Source: an uncultured Candidatus Saccharibacteria bacterium (GTDB taxonomy: Bacteria > Patescibacteriota > Minisyncoccia > Phycocordibacterales > SIBU01). Taken from it: a stretch of DNA of 64,000 nucleotides. The number at the start of each line of letters is the position of its first letter. Position 1 is the stretch's first letter. A program made the translations under genes and the position numbers. Shown one piece after another: positions 55,987 through 64,000 of this stretch. The stretch is from positions 3,192 to 67,191 of the forward strand of contig CAYHDB010000002.1 in assembly GCA_964355335.1 (NCBI GenBank), read 5' to 3'. The notes under the pieces are model-generated. The model saw only the letters and a program-made list of their open reading frames with translations, ran no database searches and was not told the origin of the DNA.

Positions 55987-56736
55987 ATGATAGATACCTT
56001 AAAGCTGTTTGGGATTAAGGAAAAGCCCGCGCAGGTATACAATGCATTATTAATTTTAGGTTCGTCTTCGGTCATGGATGTCGCTAAGAGAGCAGGTCTT
56101 AAACGTCCGATGGTGTATATCTATCTCGAAGAACTTTTGGGTGATGGATTTGTGCAGAAAATTACCATTGGTAAAAAAGAATACTATCAAGCGGTTTCGC
56201 CAAAATTTCTAGAGACAAAACTCGAACAAAATCTTTCACAATTAAAAAAGGAAATGCCGGAGTTGGAGTTGCTCCACGAGCAAGGTCAAGGTAGGCCTAA
56301 AGTTTCAGTTTTTGAGGGAGAGGAGGGGGTCAACCTAGTTTATGAAGAAATAAGAAAAACTAAAGAGTTGATGTTTTGGTCCGATCTTTTCGCGGTCGAA
56401 AAACTTTTTCCCGACACGTATCGTAAGATTAATCAGGCGACAATTGAAAACAGTATTTATACTCGAGAGATTATTGCCGATACGGCGGATGCACGGGCGA
56501 GCGCACGACGATGGGTGGTGACAGCGGGGGAACATTATGACTCGCGACTGGCCACGGGACCAATTTATAATGACAGCGTTATTTACGACAATGTCGTGGC
56601 ATTTTTCCGTCTTCAACAGCAAAACTTATTCGTTGTCCGCATTGAGGACCCGACTATTGCTATAACAATGAAAACTATTTACGAGATGGCTTGGCAGGTG
56701 GCAAAGCCATACAGAATTACGGGAACAAAGAAATAA
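55987..56736 (+). CDS. TrmB-family transcriptional regulator (paralog 4)
   Basis: ..GIKEKPAQVYNALLILGSSSVMDVAKRAGLKRPMVYIYLEELLGDGFV.. Terminator aaaacccaccgaatggtgggttttgtg follows. Confidence 0.7.
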   Translation: MIDTLKLFGIKEKPAQVYNALLILGSSSVMDVAKRAGLKRPMVYIYLEELLGDGFVQKITIGKKEYYQAVSPKFLETKLEQNLSQLKKEMPELELLHEQGQGRPKVSVFEGEEGVNLVYEEIRKTKELMFWSDLFAVEKLFPDTYRKINQATIENSIYTREIIADTADARASARRWVVTAGEHYDSRLATGPIYNDSVIYDNVVAFFRLQQQNLFVVRIEDPTIAITMKTIYEMAWQVAKPYRITGTKK

Positions 56737-56957
56737 ACACAAAACCCACCGAATGGTGGGTTTTGTGTTTATCTTGCCTGCGCAGACAAGTAAGAGGGTG
56801 TTTGGGAAGTAATTTGGATGCAGTTCGAGGCGCGAGTGAGGCCGTCTACAGGCGCCTATCACTAGTCGATAGGCCTTGCGACCAAGCTGTAGTATGAGCT
56901 ACTGCGCGGGAGCAAACGAGTGAAGCAACGAAGAAATGTGCCAAATTACAAACCAAA

Positions 56958-57230
56958 CTATCGAACTGCATCCTTGAGAGCCTTTGCTGCGCGGAACTTT
57001 GGCACTTTCATGGCAGGGACCTGAAGAGTCTCACCTGTGCGTGGGTTGCGAGCTTGTCTGGCGGCGCGAGCCTTGACCGAGAAGATTCCTAGTCCCGCAA
57101 TAGATACTTCGCCACCTGCTTTTAGTGTATTGACGATAGAATCAACAACCTTGTCTACTGCCTGTTCGGCTTGGACCTTAGTTCCTCCCAAAACGACTTG
57201 CACAGCTTCTGCAATTCCTTGTTTATTCAT
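56958..57230 (-). CDS. hup: HU-family nucleoid DNA-binding protein
   Basis: MNKQGIAEAV..GEVSIAGLGIFSVKARAARQARNPRTGETLQVPAMKVPKFRAAKALKDAV. Canonical HU arm R.GRNP.TGE. Confidence 0.9.
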   Translation of the reverse strand: MNKQGIAEAVQVVLGGTKVQAEQAVDKVVDSIVNTLKAGGEVSIAGLGIFSVKARAARQARNPRTGETLQVPAMKVPKFRAAKALKDAVR

Positions 57231-57521
57231 AAAATATAAATTAAGAATCGGTACGAATATACAAATGGATACCGTACGGATTGATTATGATAAAAATTAA
57301 TTATTTCGACCAAATAAAATTAATAACAACTTACAAACTGACTATAACCATTATATAATAAGCCGTTTTTTCCGCAACACGAGGTTTTTCACGATTTCTT
57401 TAGAATATTTTATAATGGTTTTGTCAAAAATCTATAAAACCAACCCCGTTTCGCGAAGCGAAACGGGGTTGGTAGATTTTGTTTTTATTCTTGAATCGTA
57501 ATTCCTGATTCTTAATTCTTC

Positions 57522-59051
57522 CTAACGGGCGTATTCGATAGTTCGCAATTCGCGAATGACTGTCACCTTGATTTCTCCAGGGTATTTCAATTCTTTTTCC
57601 ACTCTTTGAGCTATCTCTTGAGCCATTTTCTTGGCATCAAGGTCGGAGATTTCTGTCGGTGTGACAAATACTCGGATTTCACGGCCTGCCTGTAGGGCGT
57701 AGGACTTTTCGACTCCTGGGAATGACTTTGCTATCGCTTCCAGATCACCAAGTCGCTTGAGGTAGTTTTCTACACTGTCGCGTCTCGCTCCAGGGCGGCT
57801 TCCTGAGATGGCATCTGCCGTCTGGACGATGATTGATTCTACGGTTTCATATGGATACTCACCATGATGAGCCTGCATCGCCTTGATGATTGCCTCATCA
57901 GCACCGAATTTTTGCAATATACGTCGTCCGATTTCTACGTGCGTACCTTGGACCTCATGGTCGACAGCCTTTCCGATGTCATGAAGTAGGGCACCGGCTT
58001 TGGTAATTGCAACGTTGGCCTTGAGTTCCTCCGCAATCATTCCTGCGATATGTGTCATCTCTATTGAGTGCTGAAGAACATTTTGGCCGTAGCTTGTGCG
58101 GAAATGAAGTCGTCCAAGGATAGCTATAATTCTCGGGTCGAGGTTCATCACACCGGTTTCATAGGCGGCTTGCTGACCCTTCTCTTTGATTATCTTGTTG
58201 ATATCCTCCTGAGCCTTTTCAACCATTTGTTCAATTTTCGCTGGTTGAATTCTGCCGTCGAGAATAAGATTTTCAAGAGCTACACGTGCAACTTGTCTTC
58301 GTACCGGGTCAAATGAGGATATTGTGATGGCTCCAGGAGTATCATCAACAATAACTTCAACTCCGGTAGCACGCTCAAACGCCTTGATATTACGGCCTTC
58401 CTTGCCGATAATCTTACCTTTTATCTCGTCGTTTGGAATAACCACACTTGTTGTGAGGACATCTGCGGAAACAGAGTTACCCAATCGCTGGATTGAAGCG
58501 GCAAGAATACCCTGAGCTTTCCTCTCTAGCTGCTCCTCGCCGAAGTTTTCCAGCTTCTGCATTCTGACGAGCAAATCTTCCTCGTATCTTTTCTCTACAG
58601 ACTTCAAAAGCTCGCTTTTAGCTTCGGCTTCCGTAAGACGAGCAAGTTTTTCAAGCTCGGCTTGTTTGCCGGCTTCCAGTGCATCTACCTTCTCCTTCAC
58701 TTTTCTGACCTCCGCAATTTTCGCCTTGATATTCTCGACTTCCTTGTCGATATCATGTTGACGCGCATCAAGAGTGTCTTCCTTTTTGATGACACGCTCC
58801 TCGGCTTTCTTGATTTTCTCTTCTTTTTCCTTCATTTCCGATCGAGCCGCTGTGATGGCATCAATCGCTTTTACTTGTGCTTCCTCGGTTATTTTTTTCC
58901 CTTCTTCTTTTGCCTTGAGCATCATCTCTTTGATCTCGAGCTCCATGGAGCCTTTCTTGCCCAATGAAATGATCAGTCGGAGATAATAGCCGACAGCAAT
59001 TCCCAAGACGCCTGCGACGCTTGCAAGAAGAGCGACTATTTTTAATGACAT
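57522..59051 (-). CDS. rny: Ribonuclease Y
   Basis: N-terminal TM, coiled-coil, KH (..GKIIGKEGRNIKAFE..) and HD (..ALLHDIGKA..) domains. 509 aa. Confidence 0.9.
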   Translation of the reverse strand: MSLKIVALLASVAGVLGIAVGYYLRLIISLGKKGSMELEIKEMMLKAKEEGKKITEEAQVKAIDAITAARSEMKEKEEKIKKAEERVIKKEDTLDARQHDIDKEVENIKAKIAEVRKVKEKVDALEAGKQAELEKLARLTEAEAKSELLKSVEKRYEEDLLVRMQKLENFGEEQLERKAQGILAASIQRLGNSVSADVLTTSVVIPNDEIKGKIIGKEGRNIKAFERATGVEVIVDDTPGAITISSFDPVRRQVARVALENLILDGRIQPAKIEQMVEKAQEDINKIIKEKGQQAAYETGVMNLDPRIIAILGRLHFRTSYGQNVLQHSIEMTHIAGMIAEELKANVAITKAGALLHDIGKAVDHEVQGTHVEIGRRILQKFGADEAIIKAMQAHHGEYPYETVESIIVQTADAISGSRPGARRDSVENYLKRLGDLEAIAKSFPGVEKSYALQAGREIRVFVTPTEISDLDAKKMAQEIAQRVEKELKYPGEIKVTVIRELRTIEYAR

Positions 59052-59231
59052 GTTCTGGAAGACCCTGTCTTAGGCTTTTATCTTGTGAGGACTAACGATT
59101 TCTAGTTTTTGTCGCTGAATAATAAGAAGTTCATTTAGAATTTCTAGAAAGACAATACTCGCTGTAAAAGTGAAAAACAGAATCATAATTAACTATTGTT
59201 AATAAATGCATATTATAAGAAAGTGGGCTTT

Positions 59232-59400
59232 TTGTAAAGCCTTATACGAAAATACGAAAGGGGAGAATATACGAACAAATACGAAAACAGCCCATGGCCG
59301 GAACGGCCACGGGCTGTAGGACCGCAAGGTCCCATTTTCGTAAACTTTCGTATATCTTCTCGATTCGTATTTTCGTATTATTTCAGTATTTCGTCTATCA
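59232..59400. repeat. TACGAA-heptad palindromic element, copy 11, with a ~55-nt GC-rich double-hairpin insertion in its core. The right arm overlaps the clpP stop.
   Basis: ccttatacgaaaatacgaaaggggagaatatacgaacaaatacgaaaa | cagcccatggccggaacggccacgggctg taggaccgcaaggtccca | ttttcgtaaactttcgtatatcttctcgattcgtattttcgtattatttcagtatttcg. Confidence 0.8.
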
Positions 59401-59950
59401 CCCCGTATTTCTTGGCTTCTTCGGCATCCATATAGAAGTCTCTTTCTACGTCTTTTTCTATCTGAGAGAGGGGTTTTCCCGTGTTTTTGGCCAACATTTT
59501 GTTCAGGTTCTCTCTTGTTTTAAGGATTTGCTTGGCGGTAATGGCGATATCCGAGGCTTGACCCTCTACACCTCCAAGGGGTTGATGAATCATCACTTCG
59601 GCATTTGGAAGAGCGTAACGCTTGCCTTTTTTGCCTGAAGACAAGACGATGGCACCCCCAGACGCGGCGATGCCGATACAGACGGTCGAAACGTCGTTCT
59701 TGATGTGGTTCATGGTGTCGACAATGGCGAGTGTGGCTGTGACCGAGCCCCCGGGGGAGTTTACATAAAGCGAAATATCTTTTTTCGGGTCTTCGGATTG
59801 CAGAAATAGAAGTTGAGCTATGACAATGTTCGCGACATGGTCGTCGATGGCTCCGCCAAGAAAAATAATATTTTCACGGAGTAAACGCGAGTAAATATCA
59901 TAGGCACGCTCGCCAAACTGGGATTTTTCTATGACGGTTGGAATTAACAT
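59378..59950 (-). CDS. clpP: ATP-dependent Clp protease proteolytic subunit
   Basis: ..[18 protein letters not shown]..; ..[13 protein letters not shown]..; ..MIHQPLGG... 190 aa. Confidence 0.95.
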   Translation of the reverse strand: MLIPTVIEKSQFGERAYDIYSRLLRENIIFLGGAIDDHVANIVIAQLLFLQSEDPKKDISLYVNSPGGSVTATLAIVDTMNHIKNDVSTVCIGIAASGGAIVLSSGKKGKRYALPNAEVMIHQPLGGVEGQASDIAITAKQILKTRENLNKMLAKNTGKPLSQIEKDVERDFYMDAEEAKKYGVIDEILK

Positions 59951-60003
59951 ATGTAATACGAATTACGAATAGGTACGAATATACGAATAATACGGAGAGT
60001 ATA
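59951..60003. repeat. Half-element: four tandem TACGAAT heptads ending at the clpP start codon, with no opposing arm
   Basis: atgtaatacgaattacgaataggtacgaatatacgaataatacgg. A perfect palindrome TAGACTTG-A-CAAGTCTA lies at 60015-60031. Confidence 0.7.
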
Positions 60004-60183
60004 ACAAGAGTAGATAGACTTGACAAGTCTAGGTTTTACTGTAATGTATTTTCATCGCCATTGTCTAAAGCTTGGCGGGTCGTTAGTAGGTTCTTCTCGA
60101 ACCTACCTCGTGATGCTTCCGAACTTTATCGGTTGTGACGGGCCAATATCTGGTAGCGGGAAATCTTCTGAAAGGAGATAAAA

Positions 60184-60609
60184 ATGAGAAATGAGTACAT
60201 TACAAACTTTGTGGAACAAATGGTCGGTCAAGGACTGATGAAGGGGATTTCTGCCCAAGCATACACCTTTCAATCGGCATGGGACCTGCGTAAACTTCTG
60301 GAGCCTGTCATCAGACCAAAACTGGAGCCAATGACTGCCGAAACTCTTGGCAGGATTATTGAGTACAGTGATGTTGTTCACCGGCAGAGTAGGTGGGAAG
60401 CGTATGGACTCATTGGCAAGGAGCATTTGATCAACAGAGAAAACCTTACCGCTCAAACGGAAGTGGGGGTTTACGCCACATACGGTGGCAAGCAACTTCT
60501 TGTGCATCTTGCCATGTTGACTGTTCTCGCGGTGGTGTTTGATGTCATTAACCAAAGAGACTATCAAGAAATTCAGGGGTTTGATAGGGAGGATCCGGCT
60601 TTTTGGTAA
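60184..60609 (+). CDS. Hypothetical protein (141 aa)
   Basis: No recognisable motif. Terminator gcccgtcacttcggtgtcgggctttt follows. Confidence 0.4.
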   Translation: MRNEYITNFVEQMVGQGLMKGISAQAYTFQSAWDLRKLLEPVIRPKLEPMTAETLGRIIEYSDVVHRQSRWEAYGLIGKEHLINRENLTAQTEVGVYATYGGKQLLVHLAMLTVLAVVFDVINQRDYQEIQGFDREDPAFW

Positions 60610-60721
60610 TTTACTTTGTCACAGCCCGTCACTTCGGTGTCGGGCTTTTCTTTTTGTGGTTTTCCACTACAATTGATAAATCATTCTTACCTCTCCTCCT
60701 TTCGAAGGAGGAGAAAGAGAG

Positions 60722-61105
60722 GTGGTAACTGTGTTTGTAAACAATATCCAAAAGCAGAAGCTCAAGCGAAAACTTTTGCGGAACAACGCGACACCACAGG
60801 AAGTCGTATTGTGGTCGCGACTGCGCGACAGTCAGCTAGGGTTTAAGTTCAGGAGACAAGCTAGTATCGGTAATTTCATTGCGGATTTTTATTGTCCGAC
60901 AAGGAAGCTTGTTGTGGAGGTTGATGGTTCACAACACATAGATAGTGAATCGGATAAAGAACGAACAAAATTTCTAAATACGGCGGGTGTATACGTTTTA
61001 CGATTTTGGAATAATGAGGTTGATGGGAATTTGGATGGAGTGATTACGAAAATTATTACCACCCTCAATCCCTCCTTTGAAAGGAGGGAAGGGGAAAAGA
61101 CATGA
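60722..61105 (+). CDS. DUF559 domain protein (Vsr-like endonuclease fold), hairpin-bounded mini-element
   Basis: ..LRNNATPQEVVLWSRLR..FKFRRQASIGNFIADFYCPTRKLVVEVDGSQH... GTG start after a GAAGGAGGAG Shine-Dalgarno in the hairpin cctctcctcctttcgaaggaggagaaagagagg. The 3' end encodes ..TLNPSFERREGEK across the hairpin ccctcctttgaaaggaggg. Confidence 0.7.
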   Translation: MVTVFVNNIQKQKLKRKLLRNNATPQEVVLWSRLRDSQLGFKFRRQASIGNFIADFYCPTRKLVVEVDGSQHIDSESDKERTKFLNTAGVYVLRFWNNEVDGNLDGVITKIITTLNPSFERREGEKT

Positions 61106-61797
61106 GACTGCATAACTTCTTCATAGAACAGAAAATCGGGGACCAAAGTCACATCGAGGTAGCTGATTCTGATTTGGTGCATCAGTGGCGACACGTGTTT
61201 CGACTCAATACCGGGTCCATCGTCGTCTTGCTGGATAATTCCGGTTTTGAATATACGGCACAATTTACGACACTTAATTATCTTAAAGCTGAGCTTGTAA
61301 TTTTGGAAAAGAGAAAAAATAAGTTTGTTCCCAAAAAAGAAATTTTCCTTTTTCAGGCGCTCATTAAGACTGACAAGTTCGAATGGATATTGGAGAAGGG
61401 GACTGAACTTGGCGTTTCGCATTTTCGGCCCGTCATTACTCATCGTACTGTGGCGAAGAAGCTCAATCTCGTTCGTGCTAGAAAAATCGTGAAGGAGTCT
61501 GCGGAGCAGTCAGGTAGGGGAATAATGCCATCACTATATGAGCCGATGAAGCTCGATGAACTTCTCTCCACGTACGATTTTCCCTACATCGCATTTGACC
61601 CGTCCGGAAAACCCTGGACACACAAAGACTTTGAAACGACAGAAGCGTTAGGCATTCTTATCGGTCCCGAAGGTGGTTGGAGTGAACAAGAACTTGCTCT
61701 CATTAAAGAAAAAAATATTCCAATCGTGTCCCTTGGTACTCAAATACTTCGCGCCGAAACCGCCGCGATTGCCGTCTCGTCCCTCCTTCTTTTGTAG
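61102..61797 (+). CDS. rsmE: 16S rRNA (uracil1498-N3)-methyltransferase
   Basis: PUA-like N-terminus and SPOUT C-terminus (..LGILIGPEGGWSEQEL..). 231 aa. Confidence 0.8.
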   Translation: MRLHNFFIEQKIGDQSHIEVADSDLVHQWRHVFRLNTGSIVVLLDNSGFEYTAQFTTLNYLKAELVILEKRKNKFVPKKEIFLFQALIKTDKFEWILEKGTELGVSHFRPVITHRTVAKKLNLVRARKIVKESAEQSGRGIMPSLYEPMKLDELLSTYDFPYIAFDPSGKPWTHKDFETTEALGILIGPEGGWSEQELALIKEKNIPIVSLGTQILRAETAAIAVSSLLLL

Positions 61798-61913
61798 AGC
61801 CTGTCTGGTGGATGTATTTAACTTGAACCGCTACTCTTTACCCAAGTAAAGAGTAGCGGTTTAGTGAATGTAAAAAAACCGACAGGAAGTTGCCGGTCGG
61901 TTCGAAGGGTGAT

Positions 61914-62201
61914 TCAGTCGCCTAGCAAAGCTTTGCCGGCGGGGGTCCAAGGGTCAACGTGACCCACTCCATAAACATGGACCATCCTGGAAGCGCTTTC
62001 GTGGTGCCGCTGAAACACGTCCATCATGGCCTTCACGTCCCCGCCGAAAGCATCTGCGCAAGGTGGGCACATTACTCCTGCCTGGATGAAGGGGTGACCG
62101 CAGGTTTTGCATGATCTCTTGCGCGCGGATAGGTCCAGCTTCTTATCGCCGAAGGGGCCGTTGATATAAAGAGCGTAATGTCTGACAGGTTCATCTGGCA
62201 T
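61914..62201 (-). CDS. Small Cys/His-rich hypothetical protein, GC-rich (about 57%), probably horizontally acquired
   Basis: Composition read directly. CKTCGHPF..CPPCADAF Cys pairs. Flanked by two hairpin terminators (61825-61905). Confidence 0.4.
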   Translation of the reverse strand: MPDEPVRHYALYINGPFGDKKLDLSARKRSCKTCGHPFIQAGVMCPPCADAFGGDVKAMMDVFQRHHESASRMVHVYGVGHVDPWTPAGKALLGD

Positions 62202-62287
62202 AATTTTTCTCCAGTTATAGGTTTGTTGTCTGCGACTGATATTATCTTTTTTAATTCAAAAAAGCCACTAAGTTTTAGTGGCTTTTA

Positions 62288-62352
62288 ATGATGAAGGTTG
62301 AAAAGATTTTAACCACCCTCAATCCCTCCTTCGAAAGGAGGGAAGGGGAAAA
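62288..62352 (+). pseudogene. Remnant of a DUF559 element 3' end (encodes ..ILTTLNPSFERREGEK over the hairpin ccctccttcgaaaggaggg)
   Basis: aaccaccctcaatccctccttcgaaaggagggaaggggaaaagatt matches 61055-61100 at 44/46 positions. No endonuclease body. Confidence 0.6.
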
Positions 62353-62354
62353 GA

Positions 62355-63383
62355 TTATTTTTGAGATTCCAGAAAGTCGAATACTTTTTCGTTGGTCATC
62401 ATCATTGCGACATAGGCGCGAGTACGAGCTGGGTCTGCTTCCTTGTAGTGTTCGAGCATGTGTTTCACTTCTTCTTCAATCGCCTCGGCGCTGGCGGAAA
62501 TTTTTTCTTGTTTTGCTATGGCGTTCCACACCAGCTGTAGTTTCCCTCGTTTCTCCGCGTCCGGTCTCCACTCCTTGCGCATATCTTCTTCCGTCTTTTT
62601 TATGTGTTTCAGATAGTCTTCGATTTTCATTCCCATTCTTGCGATGTCGTCATTGAAACGTGCGAACATCTTTGCCATTTCACTTTCAATTAAAGCCTTC
62701 GGCACAACGGTATCTGTTTTCTTTAGAATTGCTTCGGCAAGTGTCAGTCTTTTTTTATCTTTGGCTTTTTGTTCTTTTTCTTGGGTAAGATTTTCTTTTA
62801 CTTTATTTTTGAAATCAGTGACATCTTTGAAGTCACCAAGCTTTTTTACAAATGTGTCATCGAGTGTTGGCAATTCTTTCACTTCACCTCCTTTCTCCGC
62901 GCTTTGAGCAAAACCTTTTCTAACATTTTCTATGAAGTCAGCAACTTCTTTTTCTGAGACGACTACCTCCTCGGGTTTTTTTGAGTTTTCCGATATAGCG
63001 ATTTTTTTGTAGTCAGGAAGTTTCACTTCAGGCAGTACACTCACAGTGATAGTAAAAGTCAGAGGGTTTCCCGGAGCGAGCTTGGTGATTGTGACGTGAG
63101 GGTCTCCGACAAATGAAACTTTTTTCTCTTTGATAATTTCCGGTAGGATTTCCTCAACGGCTTCATAGCCCGCTTCCTCTAGGATCGCAAGCTCTCCGAC
63201 TTTTTGGATTAGAATATTTTCCGGTACATGGCCAGGTCTAAAGCCCGGAATGTTCGCATGTTCGGACATTTCCTTTATGGCTTTTGACCTATGTTTTGCA
63301 AGTGTTTCATAGGAAATCTCCGCCTCGATTTGAAGCTCGGACTCCGGTAAATTTTTCTCTCCCAATAGTGTGTATGGTTTCAT
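62355..63383 (-). CDS. tig: Trigger factor, short form (342 aa, apparently lacking the PPIase domain)
   Basis: N-terminal ribosome-binding signature ..IPGFRPGHVPENILIQKVG... The tig-clpP neighbourhood is conserved. Confidence 0.7.
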   Translation of the reverse strand: MKPYTLLGEKNLPESELQIEAEISYETLAKHRSKAIKEMSEHANIPGFRPGHVPENILIQKVGELAILEEAGYEAVEEILPEIIKEKKVSFVGDPHVTITKLAPGNPLTFTITVSVLPEVKLPDYKKIAISENSKKPEEVVVSEKEVADFIENVRKGFAQSAEKGGEVKELPTLDDTFVKKLGDFKDVTDFKNKVKENLTQEKEQKAKDKKRLTLAEAILKKTDTVVPKALIESEMAKMFARFNDDIARMGMKIEDYLKHIKKTEEDMRKEWRPDAEKRGKLQLVWNAIAKQEKISASAEAIEEEVKHMLEHYKEADPARTRAYVAMMMTNEKVFDFLESQK

Positions 63384-63384
63384 A

Positions 63385-63425
63385 ATGAATACAAATTACG
63401 AATCTGTACGAATATACGAATAAAA
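63385..63425. repeat. Half-element: three tandem TACGAAT heptads ending at the tig start codon
   Basis: atgaatacaaattacgaatctgtacgaatatacgaataaaaa. Confidence 0.65.
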
Positions 63426-63561
63426 ATAAAGAATTCGATTTTGGCAGTTTATCTGACTGTCGATAGTTTCGCAAGTTTTTTAAAAGTCGCCTCATCGGCG
63501 ACTTGCCGACGAGGCAAGAAAAAAGTTACCCGTGACAGGTAACTTTGTAAAATCGACAGAG

Positions 63562-64000
63562 CTATTTTTTGAAGGCAACAGTGACGCCGTCACCGACAGG
63601 AAGAATCATTGCGTCAACGCGAGAGTCTTCGGCGACAGTTCGGTTGAACCGATCCATCGCTTTGTCATCCTCGCGGTGCGGGTGGATGATCCGACCTTCG
63701 CGGAGAGTGTCATCGGCGACGATGATGCCACCATGACGAATTTTCGGCACCACGAGTTCCCAGTATGTCGGGTAGCTTTCCTTGTCGGCATCGATGAAGG
63801 CTAGATCGAAGCCTCCATCAAGGTGGTCGAGAATTTTCTTCGCATCACCTTCGATGGAAATAATATTCGCCAGCACTCCCGCTTGGGTCCACGCCGTCAT
63901 CGCCATTTCTTTTTGCTCGACGTCGATGGTAGTGATGGTGCCATCAATCGGTATTTCTTCCGCCATAGCGAGAGCGCTCGCACCTGTGAAGGTGCCGAGC
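63562..64000 (-). CDS. Class I SAM-dependent O-methyltransferase (family-3/caffeoyl-CoA-OMT-like), 5' part outside the window. GC-rich (about 55%).
   Basis: ..GTFTGASALAMAEE.. (SAM motif I region, at the window edge) and ..FDLAFIDADKESYPTYWE.. (motif post-II). Confidence 0.6.
   Translation of the reverse strand, partial: LGTFTGASALAMAEEIPIDGTITTIDVEQKEMAMTAWTQAGVLANIISIEGDAKKILDHLDGGFDLAFIDADKESYPTYWELVVPKIRHGGIIVADDTLREGRIIHPHREDDKAMDRFNRTVAEDSRVDAMILPVGDGVTVAFKK

Noticed and set aside
62288-62656. ORF 62288..62656 (122 aa)
   Set aside because: Only the first ~20 codons match the DUF559 tail remnant. The rest runs antisense through the tig gene.
1-64000. CRISPR array / cas genes
   Set aside because: No regularly spaced direct repeats with unique spacers were found. 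The repeated elements here are palindromic heptad arrays and hairpins with non-uniform spacing.

Overview
This 64 kb window is from an AT-rich (about 40% GC) bacterial chromosome and includes the replication origin. The small proteins, several DUF559 genes, a Gram-positive-type PrgI/VirB4 pair and few Shine-Dalgarno sites are consistent with a Patescibacteria/CPR-like, probably monoderm, organism. That taxonomic call is inference from gene content only. The origin module on the left reads DUF721 <- dnaN <- [oriC with DnaA boxes] <- dnaA | rpmH -> rnpA -> yidC -> jag. From ~5.5 to 23.3 kb a 12-gene minus-strand envelope cluster has type IV secretion/conjugation-like parts: a PrgI/VirB3-like protein, a VirB4 ATPase encoded as two ORFs, a VirB6-like 1195-aa polytopic protein, a pilin-like 2-TM protein and large secreted Ig/discoidin-like proteins. 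Housekeeping genes follow: ksgA, pcrA, LysM-M23 peptidase, comM/yifB, dksA-like, pnp, rpsO, xerC/D, xth, a cysteine-desulfurase fusion, cca, yraN, hup, rny, clpP, rsmE, tig. Four tRNAs are present: Arg-TCG, Gly-GCC, Pro-TGG, Gly-TCC. A right-hand accessory stretch (40-56 kb) carries four TrmB-family regulators, small unknown genes and GC-rich (50-58%) probably horizontally acquired genes. The most unusual content is repetitive DNA. (1) At least 13 copies of an intergenic element built of TACGAA heptads in an imperfect long palindrome (left-arm ATACGAA repeats, variable core, right-arm TTCGTAT repeats). They often end exactly at a start codon and one copy sits between the two halves of virB4. 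(2) Elements of the same architecture built from other heptads (ACTGAAT, TACTAAT). (3) A structured GC-rich repeat downstream of three tRNA genes that re-duplicates each tRNA's own T-loop/3' end beside a conserved GGGTACTGAARCTGTAAG module, with compensatory changes in its stems. (4) DUF559 (Vsr-like endonuclease) mini-elements bounded by CCTCCTTT..AAAGGAGG hairpins, plus remnants. (5) A 95-nt GC-rich sequence present both in-frame inside cca and in the intergenic DNA just downstream. No CRISPR array and no rRNA were seen.
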